63,079 bases of DNA, filler included, from Octopus bimaculoides (GCF_001194135.2; 7 parts of 6 records of this genome joined end to end with filler, not necessarily neighbours in it), one strand, 5' to 3'. Counted from the first letter of the whole stretch, positions 11,248 to 24,338 are shown. Notes: generated by a model not told the origin, from the letters alone. Made by a program: numbers and translations.

Positions 11248-11528
11248 GGCGATCTTTCGGTACTAGATCCCATAACTTCTGGTCGTTGTACGCACGCATA
11301 CTGATTACATTATTGTATTGTATGTTTATGTTTTTAAATGACTTGAAAATATGAAGAGACAACATTAAATAATTTAAAAAAATGAATGGCCCACTAAACT
11401 CAAACCTTCTCCCCTCAGATTCATACAGTTCTCAAACTTTAAACACATAAACACACTATACGATAATGTAATCAGTATGCGTGCGCACAACGACCGGAAG
11501 TTATGAGATCTAGTACCGAAAGATCGCC
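11248..11528. mobile_element. MITE with ~90-bp TIRs and 8-9 bp flanking direct repeat (Merlin- or MULE-like)
   Basis: ggcgatctttcggtactagatcccataacttctggtcgttgtacgcacgcatactgattacattat is inverted almost perfectly at ~11437-11528. Flanks agtgtctac (11239-11247) and ggtgtctac (11529-11537) match 8 of 9. Confidence 0.85.
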
Positions 11529-12173
11529 GGTGTCTACAATTTTAAAACCCCTTCACAGGGTCGTGAAAGATATATCTTATCTTTATTTGCTTCGGGCATT
11601 GGACTGCAGGCAAGAGTTTAGTCAAACATATTGACCCGGTATTTATTTATTTTTTAGTGACTTACGTATTCTGCTCGTTGATTGTCAGATGTTTCAAGTT
11701 TATGTCGGAGGGAAAACAATGCGTGATTTCTCTGTTGTTACTACAGAAATCTGAACTATTATATTTCCCAACAGCACCTAAACTGAACTTTAATTTCATT
11801 GGAGATCTTTTAGTCACATTCCTTCAACTCATACCCTTCTGTCTTAAAACTGGAAGGATACATTGCACAAGGGAACTGAAAGCTGGAACTTCTTTCATAG
11901 TAACATATATATGTGCGCGTGCTTGAGCATGTTTGTGTGCTCGTGTGAATACAGAGTGGGGCAACAGTAGGTATGCAGTTATGAAAAAAAGGAAAACACG
12001 TACAATACTCATTTATTTTTATCAAAAAAATTATAAGTTATGATTGAAGTATTATTATAGTTATGATAAATGGATTATTATAGTTAATGACACTGAAAAT
12101 ATCAAAAATGAGGCTAATTTAATGTGTTAATAATTTTGATGAATTATTATAACATTGATGTGATACTTACTGA

Positions 12174-12560
12174 GTGAAGGCGCAATGGCCCAGTGATTAG
12201 GGCAGTGGACTCGCGGTCATAGGATCGCAGTTTCAATTCCCAGACCGGGCGTTGTGAGTGTTTATTGAGCGAAAACACCTAAAGCTCCACGAGGCCCAGG
12301 CAGGGGATGGTGGTGAATCCTGCTGTACTCTTTCACTACTACTTTTTCTCACTCTTACTTCCTGTTTCTGTTGTGCCTGTAATTCAAAGGGTCAGCCTTG
12401 TCACACTATGTCACGCTGAATATCCCCGAGAACTACGTTAAAGCTACACGTGTCCGTGGAGTGCTCAGCCACTTGCACGTTGATTTCACGAGCAGGCTGT
12501 TCCGTTGATCGGATCAACTGGAAACCTCAACGTCGTAAGCGACGGAGTGCCAACAACAAC
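12174..12560 (+). mobile_element. SINE family B, full length
   Basis: ggcgcaatggcccagtgattagggcagtggactcgcggtcataggatcgcagtttcaattccc...gacggagtgccaacaacaac. Confidence 0.9.
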
Positions 12561-13929
12561 GATACTTACTGTATACCTACTTTTGCACCACCCTGTGTGT
12601 GTTTGTGTGTGTGTGTGTGAAGTTCGAATATTTATCGTGCCGAAATTATTGTCAATCAAACGATGTACAGTAAAAAGTAAGTATTTGATTGAGACTATTG
12701 ATTAAATATTTAATTTTTACGTCAAATTCTATTGATAAATGAATCAATGTCACCCCAGTCCGTTTCCTCTTCCTTAAAAAAAGATATCAATCTTGTTTAA
12801 TATTTTGTATTCAAATATACAAAAATAAAACATCAGATAGTTCGAATATTTTGCCTGATTTAAGCGAAAATAGAAAGCAACTTTTTGTTGATTGATATAT
12901 TCTGTGTCGCCTTTCATGAAAATGATTTTGCTTTCAGTGTCATGGATTTGAATTTGAATAGCTAATCATGTAAGGCTTCAAAGACGTCGATATATCTTTA
13001 ATCTTCTTTAGGGTCAGTATGAAAGGCAAGGGCATCGTACACATGGCCAAATCAGAATAAATAAATACCACTAAAATTTGTAGTCACAATTCTCACAAGT
13101 ATCTTCTGCTGTTTGTCATAGCCTTCATCTACGTTAGCCGTAATGTAGCATGAAAAACATAATTCAACGAAATCTTTAAAGTCATAATATTTCACTTTTT
13201 TAGGAAGAAGCAAAGAGGGTAGTTATAAAGCGGTAAAATCTGGAGAATTTACCATTTTATAAATCAAAGAAACACTTGGTACAGTAGTACTCTGCGTTGA
13301 CAAAAATTCATCCAAAGTAGAGTTCGTAGAAAAAAATCAGTGGACTAATTTATCTCGGGGACGTGAAAGAGATTGACGTTTCCAGATCTTGGTGGTCATC
13401 TTGAAAGCAAAATTGAGAATTAAAAAAATTGATAAAGTACATCGGTGATGTAGAGTGGTTGGCGAGAGGAAGACGGTTAGGGGTGAAGGCCGATGTGATG
13501 TGATGTGAGTCGTGTGTAAGTTGCACGGTGAGAAAGGAAGTAAAGTGTAATAGAAGCGGACGGATTTACAACAATATCTGAGTAAGTTGCAATCGAAGGG
13601 ATATGGCAACGGACAGGTGAGGTGAGTTGAAAGGTAAATGAGAACGTAAAGCAAAGGAAGCGAGGGAGAGAAGGGTAGGCATATACGCAATGACAGAGAT
13701 TTATACACAATGTGGTGAAGAAAGGAATAGCAGTAATACAATAGGGTCTCGTCTCACTGCGATTGTATTTTAGCATTCAGAATGCTTCCTTGAATTATTT
13801 CCTCATAGACATAGTGTACATCTCATATACACACGCACGCTCACATCTATGTACGTGTGTGTGTGCGTGTGTACTTGGTAGAATCAGTAAGCTATGATTC
13901 TTCTACTATATCTTCTTTCTATTCTACTA

Positions 13930-14235
13930 TTTCTTCTTCTTCTTCTTCTTCTTCTTCTTCTCCTCCTCCTCCTCTTCCTCCTCCTCCTCCTTCTTCTTTT
14001 CCTCCTCCTTCTTCTTTTCCTCCTCCTCCTTCTTTTCCTCCTCCTCCTCCTTCTTTTCTTCTTTTTCTTTTTCTCTCATTGTTTTTCTTTTTCTCTTTCT
14101 TCTCACCCTCTTTCACTCTCTCTCTCTAAATTTGTGACCAAAATAATACCACTTCCTTATTCTCTTTCTTCCCCCCTCTCTCTCTCCGTCTCTTCCTCTC
14201 TCTTCCTCTCCTCATCCCCTTCCCTCTTTCTTTCA
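13930..14235. repeat. Polypyrimidine (TCT/CCT/CT)n tract
   Basis: Direct reading. Confidence 0.9.
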
Positions 14236-14672
14236 GAAGGGTAAATATTCGATACGTCAGCTTCTTTCAATCTCAATGACAAATCAACTCACTCTGTGTG
14301 TGCATGTGTGTGTAGAGGTGGATGTAGACAAAATAAAATGCATTATGCATAATATAACAGAACTCACTTCAACAATTTGTGTTGATAATGTTGCATAAAT
14401 AATTTGCAAGAATCTGACAAATTTATTTTGAATTATTGATTACGTTCATGATCGCTTCTAATTTCAGCCTAATAAATTATATCGATTCACATACAACGAA
14501 AAGATAATACAATATGGATGAATTATGTACAACAATAAGTTATCTATTTACTGATTAACAGTACAAAATTTTAATACATAATTTAAAATAACAAATGTTT
14601 TATCTTCGTCGTTTAATTTATGATGGCAAATATCGAAAGAACTCTGGAGTAACGTTATTTAAAATAATACAT

Positions 14673-15000
14673 AGCTCGGTGATCAGGAAGTCTCTGTAGG
14701 TCAAGATGCTACTTCGGATTGAGTGGTCACATCTCTGGGACTACGAACATGTTATTAGAATATCGCTGGAAGGAATTGTATGACGTATTCTTCAAAGCGA
14801 GCAAACCGGCTAGACATCTACGGGTAAACCAAGAACGAGATGGTTAGCTAATACTCATAGCCTCTGTTTAGTCACGCCGGGGAATCCAGCTGAAAAGTTA
14901 AATGACAGTCGCCTCCGATGGAACCTATGGGAGAGGCGGCTGAGAATTCTACCCCCACAACTCTCCTAGGGATTGCGAGTGGAGAAAATGAATGGATGGA
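14673..15000 (+). mobile_element. 3' end of an RTE-clade LINE, Rex3/Expander-like
   Basis: Translates to SSVIRKSL*VKMLLRIEWSHL...G*TSTGKPRTRWLAN...LRILPPQLS*, recalling the Rex3-type C-terminus (GRPRTRW...LLRLLPP). Ends in gaaaatgaatggatgga, a (GATG)-type tail. Confidence 0.7.
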
Positions 15001-15504
15001 TTATAGCACGCTGACATAATTGTTTGTGGATGCTAAGTGTACAGCAGTTTTCTCAACGATTTTCCCATCCAATACTTGATATATTACAGAACTATACGCA
15101 GAAAAAAAAAGAAAGAAATGATTGCCCTACCAATGAATGATTTTCGTGACATGCCTTTCGAATTCCTAGTCTGAACATTTGGACAAAGCGCTTTGCTTTG
15201 CTGCCGGAAACCAGATGAAAAACAGGTGGCGTCGAATGTCGAATGTTTTGCTTTCGTTTTATTGCAAAACTGTTTAAATTTAGTTTATGTAAATTTAGTT
15301 TTTGTTGAATATAATTGCTTTGGACAACCCTTATATGAAGTTTTGTCAGTGTTTTATGAGTTGTTGTTGATGTTGGTGGAACAAGTCAAGAACAAGTCAA
15401 TGACAATAGCAATATATTTTTATCCAATGACAAAACGAGTATTGCTGGTTTGGAATTGATGCTTAATTCAAAATGTCGTCGACTTTTGTCCTTTATCTTT
15501 CACT

Positions 15505-15848
15505 TGCTTCAAACATTACACTGCAGATATGTTGGAGTAGCGCCTTGAAAGGTTTTAGTCCGGTATTTATCCTGTCGGATTCTTTTGCCGAACCGTTGAG
15601 TTATGCAGACATAAACATAGTATCACCGGTTATCAGGTAATGTGGATGGACAAACACAAATACACACACGACATTTATATATACGACAGGCTTCCACACA
15701 GTTTCCGTTAAGCAAATTCATTCACAAGGCATTTGTCGATACGGAGTTGCTAGTGGAAAAACACGTGCTCGAAGTGCCTCAAAGTAGAACCGAACGCGAA
15801 AGCACCTGGTTTTCAAAGAGAGATTCTTAACCACACGACCATACCTGT
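15505..15848 (-). mobile_element. SINE family C, degenerate
   Basis: Diverged reverse complement of the 29188-29655 consensus. Confidence 0.65.
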
Positions 15849-15852
15849 GAAA

Positions 15853-16230
15853 ACGCGTGGCTTCATGGTTAGGGTATTTGGCTCACTATCGTGAGGTCGT
15901 GAGTTCGATTCCCGCTAGCACGTTATTTCTTTGAGTAAGATACTTTATTTCTCGTCGCTCTATTTCACTCAGGTAGCAAAAAAGGAGTTGTACCAGTAAT
16001 TCAAAGGGCCAACCTTTTCACATTCTGTGGCATACTGAATCTCCCTAAAAACTACATTAAGGTTACGAGTGTCTGTGGAGTGCTCAGCCAGTTGCACGTT
16101 AATTTCAAGAGCAGGCTGTTCCGTTGATGAGATCAATTGGAAAACCTGTCGTCGTATCCAACACAGTGCCAGTTCCCTTGGTAGGATCAACTGGAACCCT
16201 CGTGGTCGTTAATCGATGATGTTCCAGTTA
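15853..16230 (+). mobile_element. SINE family B-type copy with a duplicated tail
   Basis: Head acgcgtggcttcatggttagggtatttggctc...gagttcgattcccg. Tail gagtgctcagccagttgcacgttaatttcaagagcaggctgttcc, with ggatcaactggaaccctcg repeated. Confidence 0.75.
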
Positions 16231-16417
16231 TGCCTGCGTTTACTTCTCTATATGTATTCGAATTTAAACTTATAGAGATCGAATACAAGAAATAGTCCCA
16301 TTGTATCAATGTTCGAATATCGCTATCTATATTCATTCCGTGCTAAACATGTATAAATCAATGGATGATCAACATAATTTTCCTCGTAGAATGGTTTGCT
16401 GTAGTGGATATATATAT

Positions 16418-16517
16418 NNNNNNNNNNNNNNNNNNNNNNNNNNNNNNNNNNNNNNNNNNNNTTAATTAATTAANNNNNNNNNNNNNNNNNNNNNNNNNNN
16501 NNNNNNNNNNNNNNNNN
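16418..16517. other. Artificial scaffold spacer (44 N + TTAATTAATTAA + 44 N)
   Basis: The same 100-bp construct occurs at 24627-24726, 34764-34863, 45374-45473, 56992-57091 and 60953-61052. The 12-mer has stop codons in all six frames. Confidence 0.92.
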
Positions 16518-16558
<41 letters not shown>

Positions 16559-17796
16559 TTTATATTCATTTGTGAGTGTGCATGCTTCTATATATGTTTC
16601 TGCATAAGTGATCATGTGAAAATATATCGGTGTATCTTTTTATGCTTGTTCGTACCTACCTTTGAGGTAGTGTGTAACTTATAGCACTTCATTTTCCATC
16701 CTGGTAGAGCTATGCCAACGGGCATTCACAACCTGATCACCTCCACATAATTATAGTACCCACACTGCAGTTTGCCCTTTCAGCATCGCATCGTATTATA
16801 GAATTTCCTATGCACCATAGTTACTTAAAACACCTCACAAATTTTGACGAACAAATGCTATAGCTGTATCCATGCACACAACCTGAAGGTATACCCTGTT
16901 ATGCAAGCCTATCTATTAAAGTCACACTTAAATATATACTCACAGAATGCCTGCATACATAAACATATAATGAACACACTATTGTACGTCGTATGCGTTC
17001 ATTGCATGAAATGAAGCATTAGTGTAGACACTACACACACAACACACACAATCAAACACACAAGCACACAAATTGATACAGCAAATGGAAGGCAGTACGA
17101 ACATTTCATGCACAACTGAGAGAGAAAGGAATATTCCAATATACGAACTTATTGTGTAATATTTTGAGAAGTTGATAAGTATGCAACTTAACTGACAAAT
17201 AAATACATAGATGTAGATGAATTGTCGGATTAACATACTGATGTATGAACTCACGGATGGATATAACCTCAAATTATTTAAACATTGACAGAAGGGTGAG
17301 TGCATATGTGGAAGGTTGTGTGTGTGTATATATATATAGATATATATGAATAAATGGAGTTAAACGCAGGTGTTATCCAAATTCGGCGTCTGACTCAATT
17401 TATTCATTAACATATATATTATACAAAATATTTCAGGTAAACCCGGAGTTTCTACCTTTAAAAACAAGGAGTTACGCCTTCTTTACTTGTGTGATGTCTT
17501 GCTACCCGGGTAACTATTTATCTGTGTTTATAACATGTCTGTGTATACATATATAGATATATGTGTATATATATATATATATATNNNNNNNNNNNNNNNN
17601 NNNNNNNNNNNNNNNNNNNNNNNNNNNNNNNNNNNNNNNNNNNNNNNNNNNNNNNNNNNNNNNNNNNNNNNNNNNNNNNNNNNNNNNNNNNNNNNNNNNN
17701 NNNNNNNNNNNNNNNNNNNNNNNNNNNNNNNNNNNNNNNNNNNNNNNNNNNNNNNNNNNNNNNNNNNNNNNNNNNNNNNNNNNNNNNNNNNNNNNN

Positions 17797-17950
17797 ATAC
17801 GGTGAGCTTCTTTTAGTTTCCGTCTACCAGATCCACTCACAAAGCTTTGGTCGGCCCGAGGCTAGAGTGGAAGACACTTGCCCAAGGTGCCACGCAGTGG
17901 GACTGAACACGGAACCATGTGGTTGGTAAGCAAGCTACTTACCACACAGA
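17797..17950 (-). mobile_element. SINE family C, 5' half abutting a gap
   Basis: cttcttttagtttccgtctaccagatccactcacaaagctttggtcggcccgaggcta...gaagacacttgcccaaggtgccacgcagtgggactgaac. Confidence 0.85.
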
Positions 17951-18343
17951 TATTCTTGCGCCTACACACACACACACGCACACACACACACACACATACA
18001 CACACACACACACACGCACACATACACATATATATAATATATATATTTTTTGTATGCTTGAATTTGTATATAACTCTTAGTTCAATGTACTACAGGACAA
18101 AACAATAACCATCATATACATCGGTGCACTGATAAAATATTCATTTGCAGATATTATAGATTATTTGACACCTCTTAGATAAGAAACATTTCTTATTTAA
18201 GTACATGCGTAGATATACGCCCAAAATTGTATAGTCTTTATTGACTCTTTCCCATCTCTCGCTTCAAATTAATTCTCACTGCTCTCTCACACTGACTGAA
18301 ATCACCCCGATCCTTTCTACGCAAATCTACATATAATTATATC

Positions 18344-18930
18344 TAAAGCTGCAAAGACATCGCACAAACTGTTGCGCTGAAATTTTAAGTACCCGTTCGT
18401 CGGACTGTTTTTGTTTGGAAAGGAACAAAATAAGGCAATATGCACAAATACACAATGACTTTCATAGATACACATTTGAAAATCGGTTTGTTTCATTGGT
18501 CCTTTCAACTAACGGTCTTTTTAATAACCGGTTATATGAAATTACCATTATGGGTTAAAATCATATTATTATAAAAATCGATTAAAAAAATAGCTTTAGT
18601 AGAAGGGAAAGGACCTGTATACCCAGGGTAAATAATTAATGGTAAAAAATTATAAATTTAAATAAATTAAAATATAAAGCAGTTGTATACTGTCAACTTA
18701 ACGTGACAGCCCCAATAAGGGAATCATACTGCTGCTATTTAGCCCTAGGAAGCTGGACCGCTTCCAGTCGACCTTGACACATTTCCTGTGTCCTTATGTT
18801 TATAAGAGGGAGACAAGCACCTCCACCCTGCCTAGCCTGCATTCATATATCCGTTTAAAATACAGACATTTACAAAGAACTAACATCATAAAATACATAT
18901 ACATTTAGCAATACAGACACATACCAAAAA

Positions 18931-18970
<40 letters not shown>

Positions 18971-19316
18971 TAAACACACAAGTGTTGGTACAAGGCTACA
19001 TACATATATATGTGTATGTGTATGTGTATTTAGCGATGTACCAACGATTGAGTGTTTAGTGTATATACGTATTCTTTTTCTTTTCTTTTATATGTTTCAG
19101 TCATTCGACTGCGGCCATGCTGGAGCAACACCTTTAGTTCAGTAAACTTTCCCCAGGACTTATTCTTTGGAAGCTTAATACTTATTATATCGTCTCTTTT
19201 GCTGAACCGCTAGTTTACGGGGACGTAAACAAACCATTATCGGTTGCAAGCGATGCTGTGTGACAAACACAGACACACACACACACACACACACACACGA
19301 ACACACACACACACGA

Positions 19317-19349
<33 letters not shown>

Positions 19350-19933
19350 TTTATATACGATAGGCTTCTTTCAGTATCCGTCTACCAAACTCACTTACAA
19401 AACTTTGGTCCGCCCGAGGCTATAGTAGAAGACACTTGCCCAAGGTGCTAGGCAGTGGGACTGAACCCGGAATCATGTTTGGCAAGAAAGCTGCTTACCA
19501 ATCAGTCACTCAAGTTGTTTGGTATCTGTATCTATTACTAAATGTATAATTATTTTATGATGTTTGTTCATTGTATATGTTTTTATTTTAAAGGGATATA
19601 TCTTTTAATTTATTTAAATTTATTATTTTTTATCATTAATTATTTGCTATGCTTTTTTTCCTTCTACTAAAGCTAATTTTTGATCTAAGGTTTTCTTCCA
19701 TGTTTATAATGATATGATTTTAAACCATAATTGTAATTTCATATAACCGGTTATTGAAAAGACCGTTAGTTGAGAGGACCAATGAATCAAAACCATTTTC
19801 AAATGTGTATCTATGAAAGTAATTATGTATTTATGCATATGATCTTATTTTGTTCCATTCTAAAGCAAAACTATACGACGAATGGGATTGTAAAACTTTG
19901 AGTAACAGTTTTTGTAATGTCTTTGTAGCTTTA
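18344..19933. mobile_element. Long-TIR (~330 bp) foldback element containing a nested SINE
   Basis: 18344-18672 aligns in inverted orientation with 19603-19933 (e.g. ctttcatagatacacatttgaaaat, caactaacggtcttt, aataaccggttatatgaaatta, agctttagtagaagg). Confidence 0.75.
19078..19508 (-). mobile_element. SINE family C, full length with an internal (CA)n tract
   Basis: Both halves are present around a microsatellite; matches 29188-29655. Confidence 0.88.
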
Positions 19934-20134
19934 CTAATAAAGTATATTACTCTACCTCCGGTATTCGAGTACTGCTTTTTCCACCTTGTTTCGAATTTAT
20001 ATACTTACTATGGTATAATTATATCTATCTATCCGTAAATATTTGCTTGGTTATATATATTTCAATATATAATGCGTTCATGTACGAACAATAACGTACA
20101 CACACATATGCACATGCGTATGTGTGTATCTGTA

Positions 20135-20292
<158 letters not shown>

Positions 20293-20899
20293 GGGAGATA
20301 GCTTGAAGAAACATTTTTACTATGGAAAATTACCAAATGTCAGAATTCAATTCAAGACCGCCATGTGTACATTTATAATGTAGATGTAAGTACAAGCTCT
20401 CCATCACAGCTAACAATGCAAGATATATATTTGTGCGTCAATGAAGTAGTAATGTACAGTGCATAATTTTATGCCAACAAAAATGTTCATTTTCTTAGTT
20501 ACATAGTTACGGGAACATTGCTTTTTGAAACCTAGTTTAGAGATTGTTACACGAAAACTATGTCAATCACTAATATTTTTTTTTTTTGCTTCAGTTAGGT
20601 AATTCGATTCTATTTCACGTGATTCATGACTAAATGTTTCTATAAAGGTCGTGATTTATGAAATTTCTCTTCACTGTTTTAAAAATAAATATATAAAGTA
20701 ATTTAATGTTGAAAACAATGTGAAGATATTTTCATATCACTCAATCTCTCCCAACGCTATTCTTTTTAATCAGAAAACATTCACACATAGTTTTTGAAGA
20801 TGTATATGTGCGCCGCAGTGTGTAAATCTATGTATGTACGTATATATGTAAAACATATATATATATATATATAAAATACACATACACACACGCACATAT

Positions 20900-21079
20900 A
20901 TATACATATATTCTTTTACTTGGTTCAGTTATTTGACTGCAACCATGCTGGAGCAACGCCTTTAGTCGAACAGATCGATCCCAGGACGTAAACACAGCAA
21001 CATCTATGTTAAACGATTGTCGGTGGACAAACACAGACACATAAATACATACATACGTTCATACACATACACATACACG

Positions 21080-21141
<62 letters not shown>

Positions 21142-21270
21142 ATAGGCTCCTTCCAGTCTCCGTCTACCAAATCCACTCACAATGCTTTGGTTGTACCAAA
21201 GCTACATTTGAAGGCAGTTACGCAAGGCGCCAAGCAATGGGACTGAACGCGGAACCATGTGGTTGGGAAG
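20900..21270 (-). mobile_element. SINE family C with an internal (CA)n(TA)n tract, head truncated
   Basis: ttcagttatttgactgcaaccatgctggagcaacgcctttagtcga...ttccagtctccgtctaccaaatccactcacaa. Confidence 0.82.
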
Positions 21271-21454
21271 TAAGAGTAAGAGAAAGTTGTGGTGAAAGTG
21301 TTCAGCAGGGTTCGCTACCATCCCCTGCCGGAGCCTCATGGAGCTTTAGGTGTTGTTGCTCAATAAACACTCACAACGCCCGGTCTGGGAATCGAAACCG
21401 CGATCCTATGACCGCGAGTCCGCTGCCCTAACCACTGGACCATTGCGCCTCCAC
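21271..21454 (-). mobile_element. SINE family B, 5' half
   Basis: Reverse complement gtggaggcgcaatggtccagtggttagggcagcggactcgcggtcataggatcgcggtttcgattccc. Confidence 0.88.
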
Positions 21455-21589
21455 TGTTGAGTATAAAGAAGTTGCTTATTACGTATGAAAAAGTTTCGAA
21501 TGATAAAATAAAAATGTCATGCTGTTAAAAGTTACATCTTTTTTTTTTTAATTTCATTATATCAATGATGATCATTGCAAATTTTGCAA

Positions 21590-24010
21590 TGATCCCGTTG
21601 CCTATATTGTCCGACCGAAAAAGTAGCTGGAGTGCGTGCCGGCACTCCAATTGCCAATCTCCCAGTCCTCGTTTGATCCATGGATCAATATCCATTAAGG
21701 ACGTTAACTGTGGAAGGTAAAGCCAGAGGTGCCTCAACCTTAACGCGAATTTTCGGATCTTCAGCAAAGGCATCCGTAGCCTACCCTTTAGCAGTTTTGG
21801 CAGCAGACAGAGCGCTCCAAAAGTGGCTTTCCCCCCTTCCACAAAAAGCGGAAAAGGATTAATTTCCAACTTGTTCAGCCACAAATCGGGGCAAGGCACA
21901 ACAGTCAGGCGATAGGTGATGACAGATGCTATAAATATCTGCACCATACCGCACTCCCAGACCAGTTCTGTGTTAGGGCAGCCACTTTGCCCGTGACCTC
22001 GCTCCAGTTCTTCTCTATCTGGAGGTCTGGACCGAACCAGACCCATAGCAACTTAACCGGGCCTTCCGCCCCAAACCCCACGACGTTATTGAACGACATC
22101 GATTTGCCCCTACAGGTGCCGAGATGCAAGACGATGGACTTGTCCTAGTTAACCTTTGTTCCTGCCACCGCCTCTTTTCAGTTAATGCGTTTTGCCACAT
22201 AAGGAAGCTGCCCTTCTTCGGGCACGTTGATATAGATATCATCTGCCTACGCAGAAACTACTCTTCCACATCACAGATCATGCGGCATGCACCTTAGCGC
22301 TTCCAACTTCCGCAGCAATGGCTCCAGAACCAATACACACAATAGCGGTGACAGGGGACATGCCTGGCGTACTGAGAGTTCAATCTTGAACGGTTTTAGA
22401 AAAACAAATGATCACTCGGACGATAGACTCGATGTCGCTATAAAAAACAGCAATCTTACCGCAGAAAGTCGGGTCGAACCCGGCCATCCCGAGGACCACC
22501 GCCACGTACCAATGTCGACCTTATTAAATTTAGACTGATCTCAATATACCAGTGTCCCACCTTTGCGAGAAATTTTCCAACCCTCTCTAATGAGTATCGT
22601 ATAAGATGAAGATTGTCGTGAATTGACCGCTTGATATAGCTCAAGTTTCCGCCTCCCCGACAAGTCTGTCCACGACACGTGCAGAGCTATTTGGCAACAC
22701 CTTGGTCAAAATCTTTAACACTGTATTTAGCAGAGTTATCGACCGAAAATTAGTTATGATATCCACCTTGCTCGGCTCCTTTCCGATCAATCTCACCCGC
22801 CACCGGCTCGCGGATCCGGGAATCATCCTATTTTGCAACCAGTTGGCGTGGGTGCTGGCCAGTAGGTGCCTGAACAAGTCTGACATACGTTTGTAAATCG
22901 TATAGTGTAGACCATCAAGACCCGGTGACGTTCCCAGGGGCAGCTGTAATCGGCCCCTCACAGCACTCAGCCTCTCGTGCCGAGAGACGTGGGCCACGAG
23001 ACAGGAAGTCCCTTAGGGCCTCAACATGGTATAACGACCCGCTCTTCGCGAACAACTCAGCGAATTGCTAGTAAAGTGTCTCACATCTCCTCCTGTCTTT
23101 GACCAAGCGTCCAGTTTCGTCAATCAAAGACCTGATTATGGCATCGCTGCCATGCTGGGTCTCTACCGTACGGGCCCATCCGGCAATATAAATTCTATCA
23201 CGGCCCAATGTAACCCGAACCCTGCATCTCTCATGTTTGGCTTTCAGGTGACGGTCCAAAGTCGTTCTCGCTGCTAAAATTTGGGATCCAGAGCCCAATC
23301 TCAACGACTCTTCTAACGCATCATGTAGGTTCCCTTCTATCCTAGCCTTATCTAAACTTAGGTGACGAGTAAATCTAATAGACTCAAAACGTATGGCTTT
23401 TTTTAGGGCAAATCAACACCGGTTATTCGCCACGGTGCCTGTTAATGCCCTTTTCACTAACTCTTTAATCCGGTTACGCTATGCATCACGAGCTAAGATA
23501 GACTTGTTCAGCTTCTAGTAGCCGGATCTCTGTCTATAGGCATTATCTATGCTCAGCCTACAGTTAACCATTTTATGGTCAGTCTAGGTGACTTGAACAA
23601 ACTGTGGACAACTAAAGCTAGACTTATCTCTAATCCTTATAACTATCCTGTGTAAGTAAGATTTGAACTTGCCCTCGCCATTCATCGGGTCCACACTGGG
23701 ACGCTTGGGTGCTCAAGTCTGTAATGATCTGCCAGCTGAAAATGCTTAAGCGCGAGTTAACACTCCTACCAGTCGAGCCACAGCTATCCAGACGTGTATC
23801 CGTGATAACATTGTTGTCTTCTAACACAAATAATATCTTGAACATCAGGAGGAAGTTCTCTAGGCGCAAATAGAAATAAGTTTGCTGCATTCTTGCACAA
23901 AGACTTGTTGCTGTATCTCACGTCATGGACGACCTTCAGGGTCCACAAAGACTGTACTTGTCTGCAGGGCCAAGCTTTGCGGACCAGGTCTACTACACGC
24001 TCTCGACCTC
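21590..24010 (-). mobile_element. Degenerate L1/Tx1-like LINE ORF2 (APE endonuclease part, RT and post-RT region)
   Basis: Minus-strand peptides: VFVDPEGR, TDHKMV (endonuclease), GY*KLNKSIL, SPGLDGLHY...NFRSITLLNTVLKILTKVL, SIHDNLHLIR, VRQACPLSPLL, *ADD (YADD), GPVKLLWVWFGPDLQIEKNW, FIASVITYRLTVVPCP. Many stops and frameshifts; both ends truncated. Confidence 0.9.
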
Positions 24011-24278
24011 CGATCTGGTCAGGATAAATGAATAACGAATGAAAACCTGCCTAAATTTCACACTTTCGGACTAAACTTGAACCCATCAAAGGGAGATATC
24101 TCTGTTTTCCTTCAGAAGTAGGTTTCGCTGTGAAGAACTTTGTTTATGAACTTTTGCTGGACAAGACTGTAGTCTTATCTTCGGCCAAATATTTTGTTGT
24201 TACGACTATATTGTTAAGAGCAATAATAGACATGAATTGAATGGTAACTTTCTGACAGGCCATAACCAATGATAGCAA

Positions 24279-24279
<1 letters not shown>

Positions 24280-24318
<39 letters not shown>
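24280..24318. repeat. (ATCT)n tetranucleotide repeat
   Basis: Direct reading. Confidence 0.95.

Positions 24319-24338
<20 letters not shown>

Noticed and set aside
13337-13776. 134-aa and 99-aa minus-strand ORFs
   Set aside because: Low-complexity, purine/pyrimidine-skewed sequence with no recognisable motif or convincing splice structure.
16462-16473. TTAATTAATTAA as a conserved homeodomain-binding or regulatory motif
   Set aside because: It is always centred in exactly 44+44 N, so it is an assembly linker.
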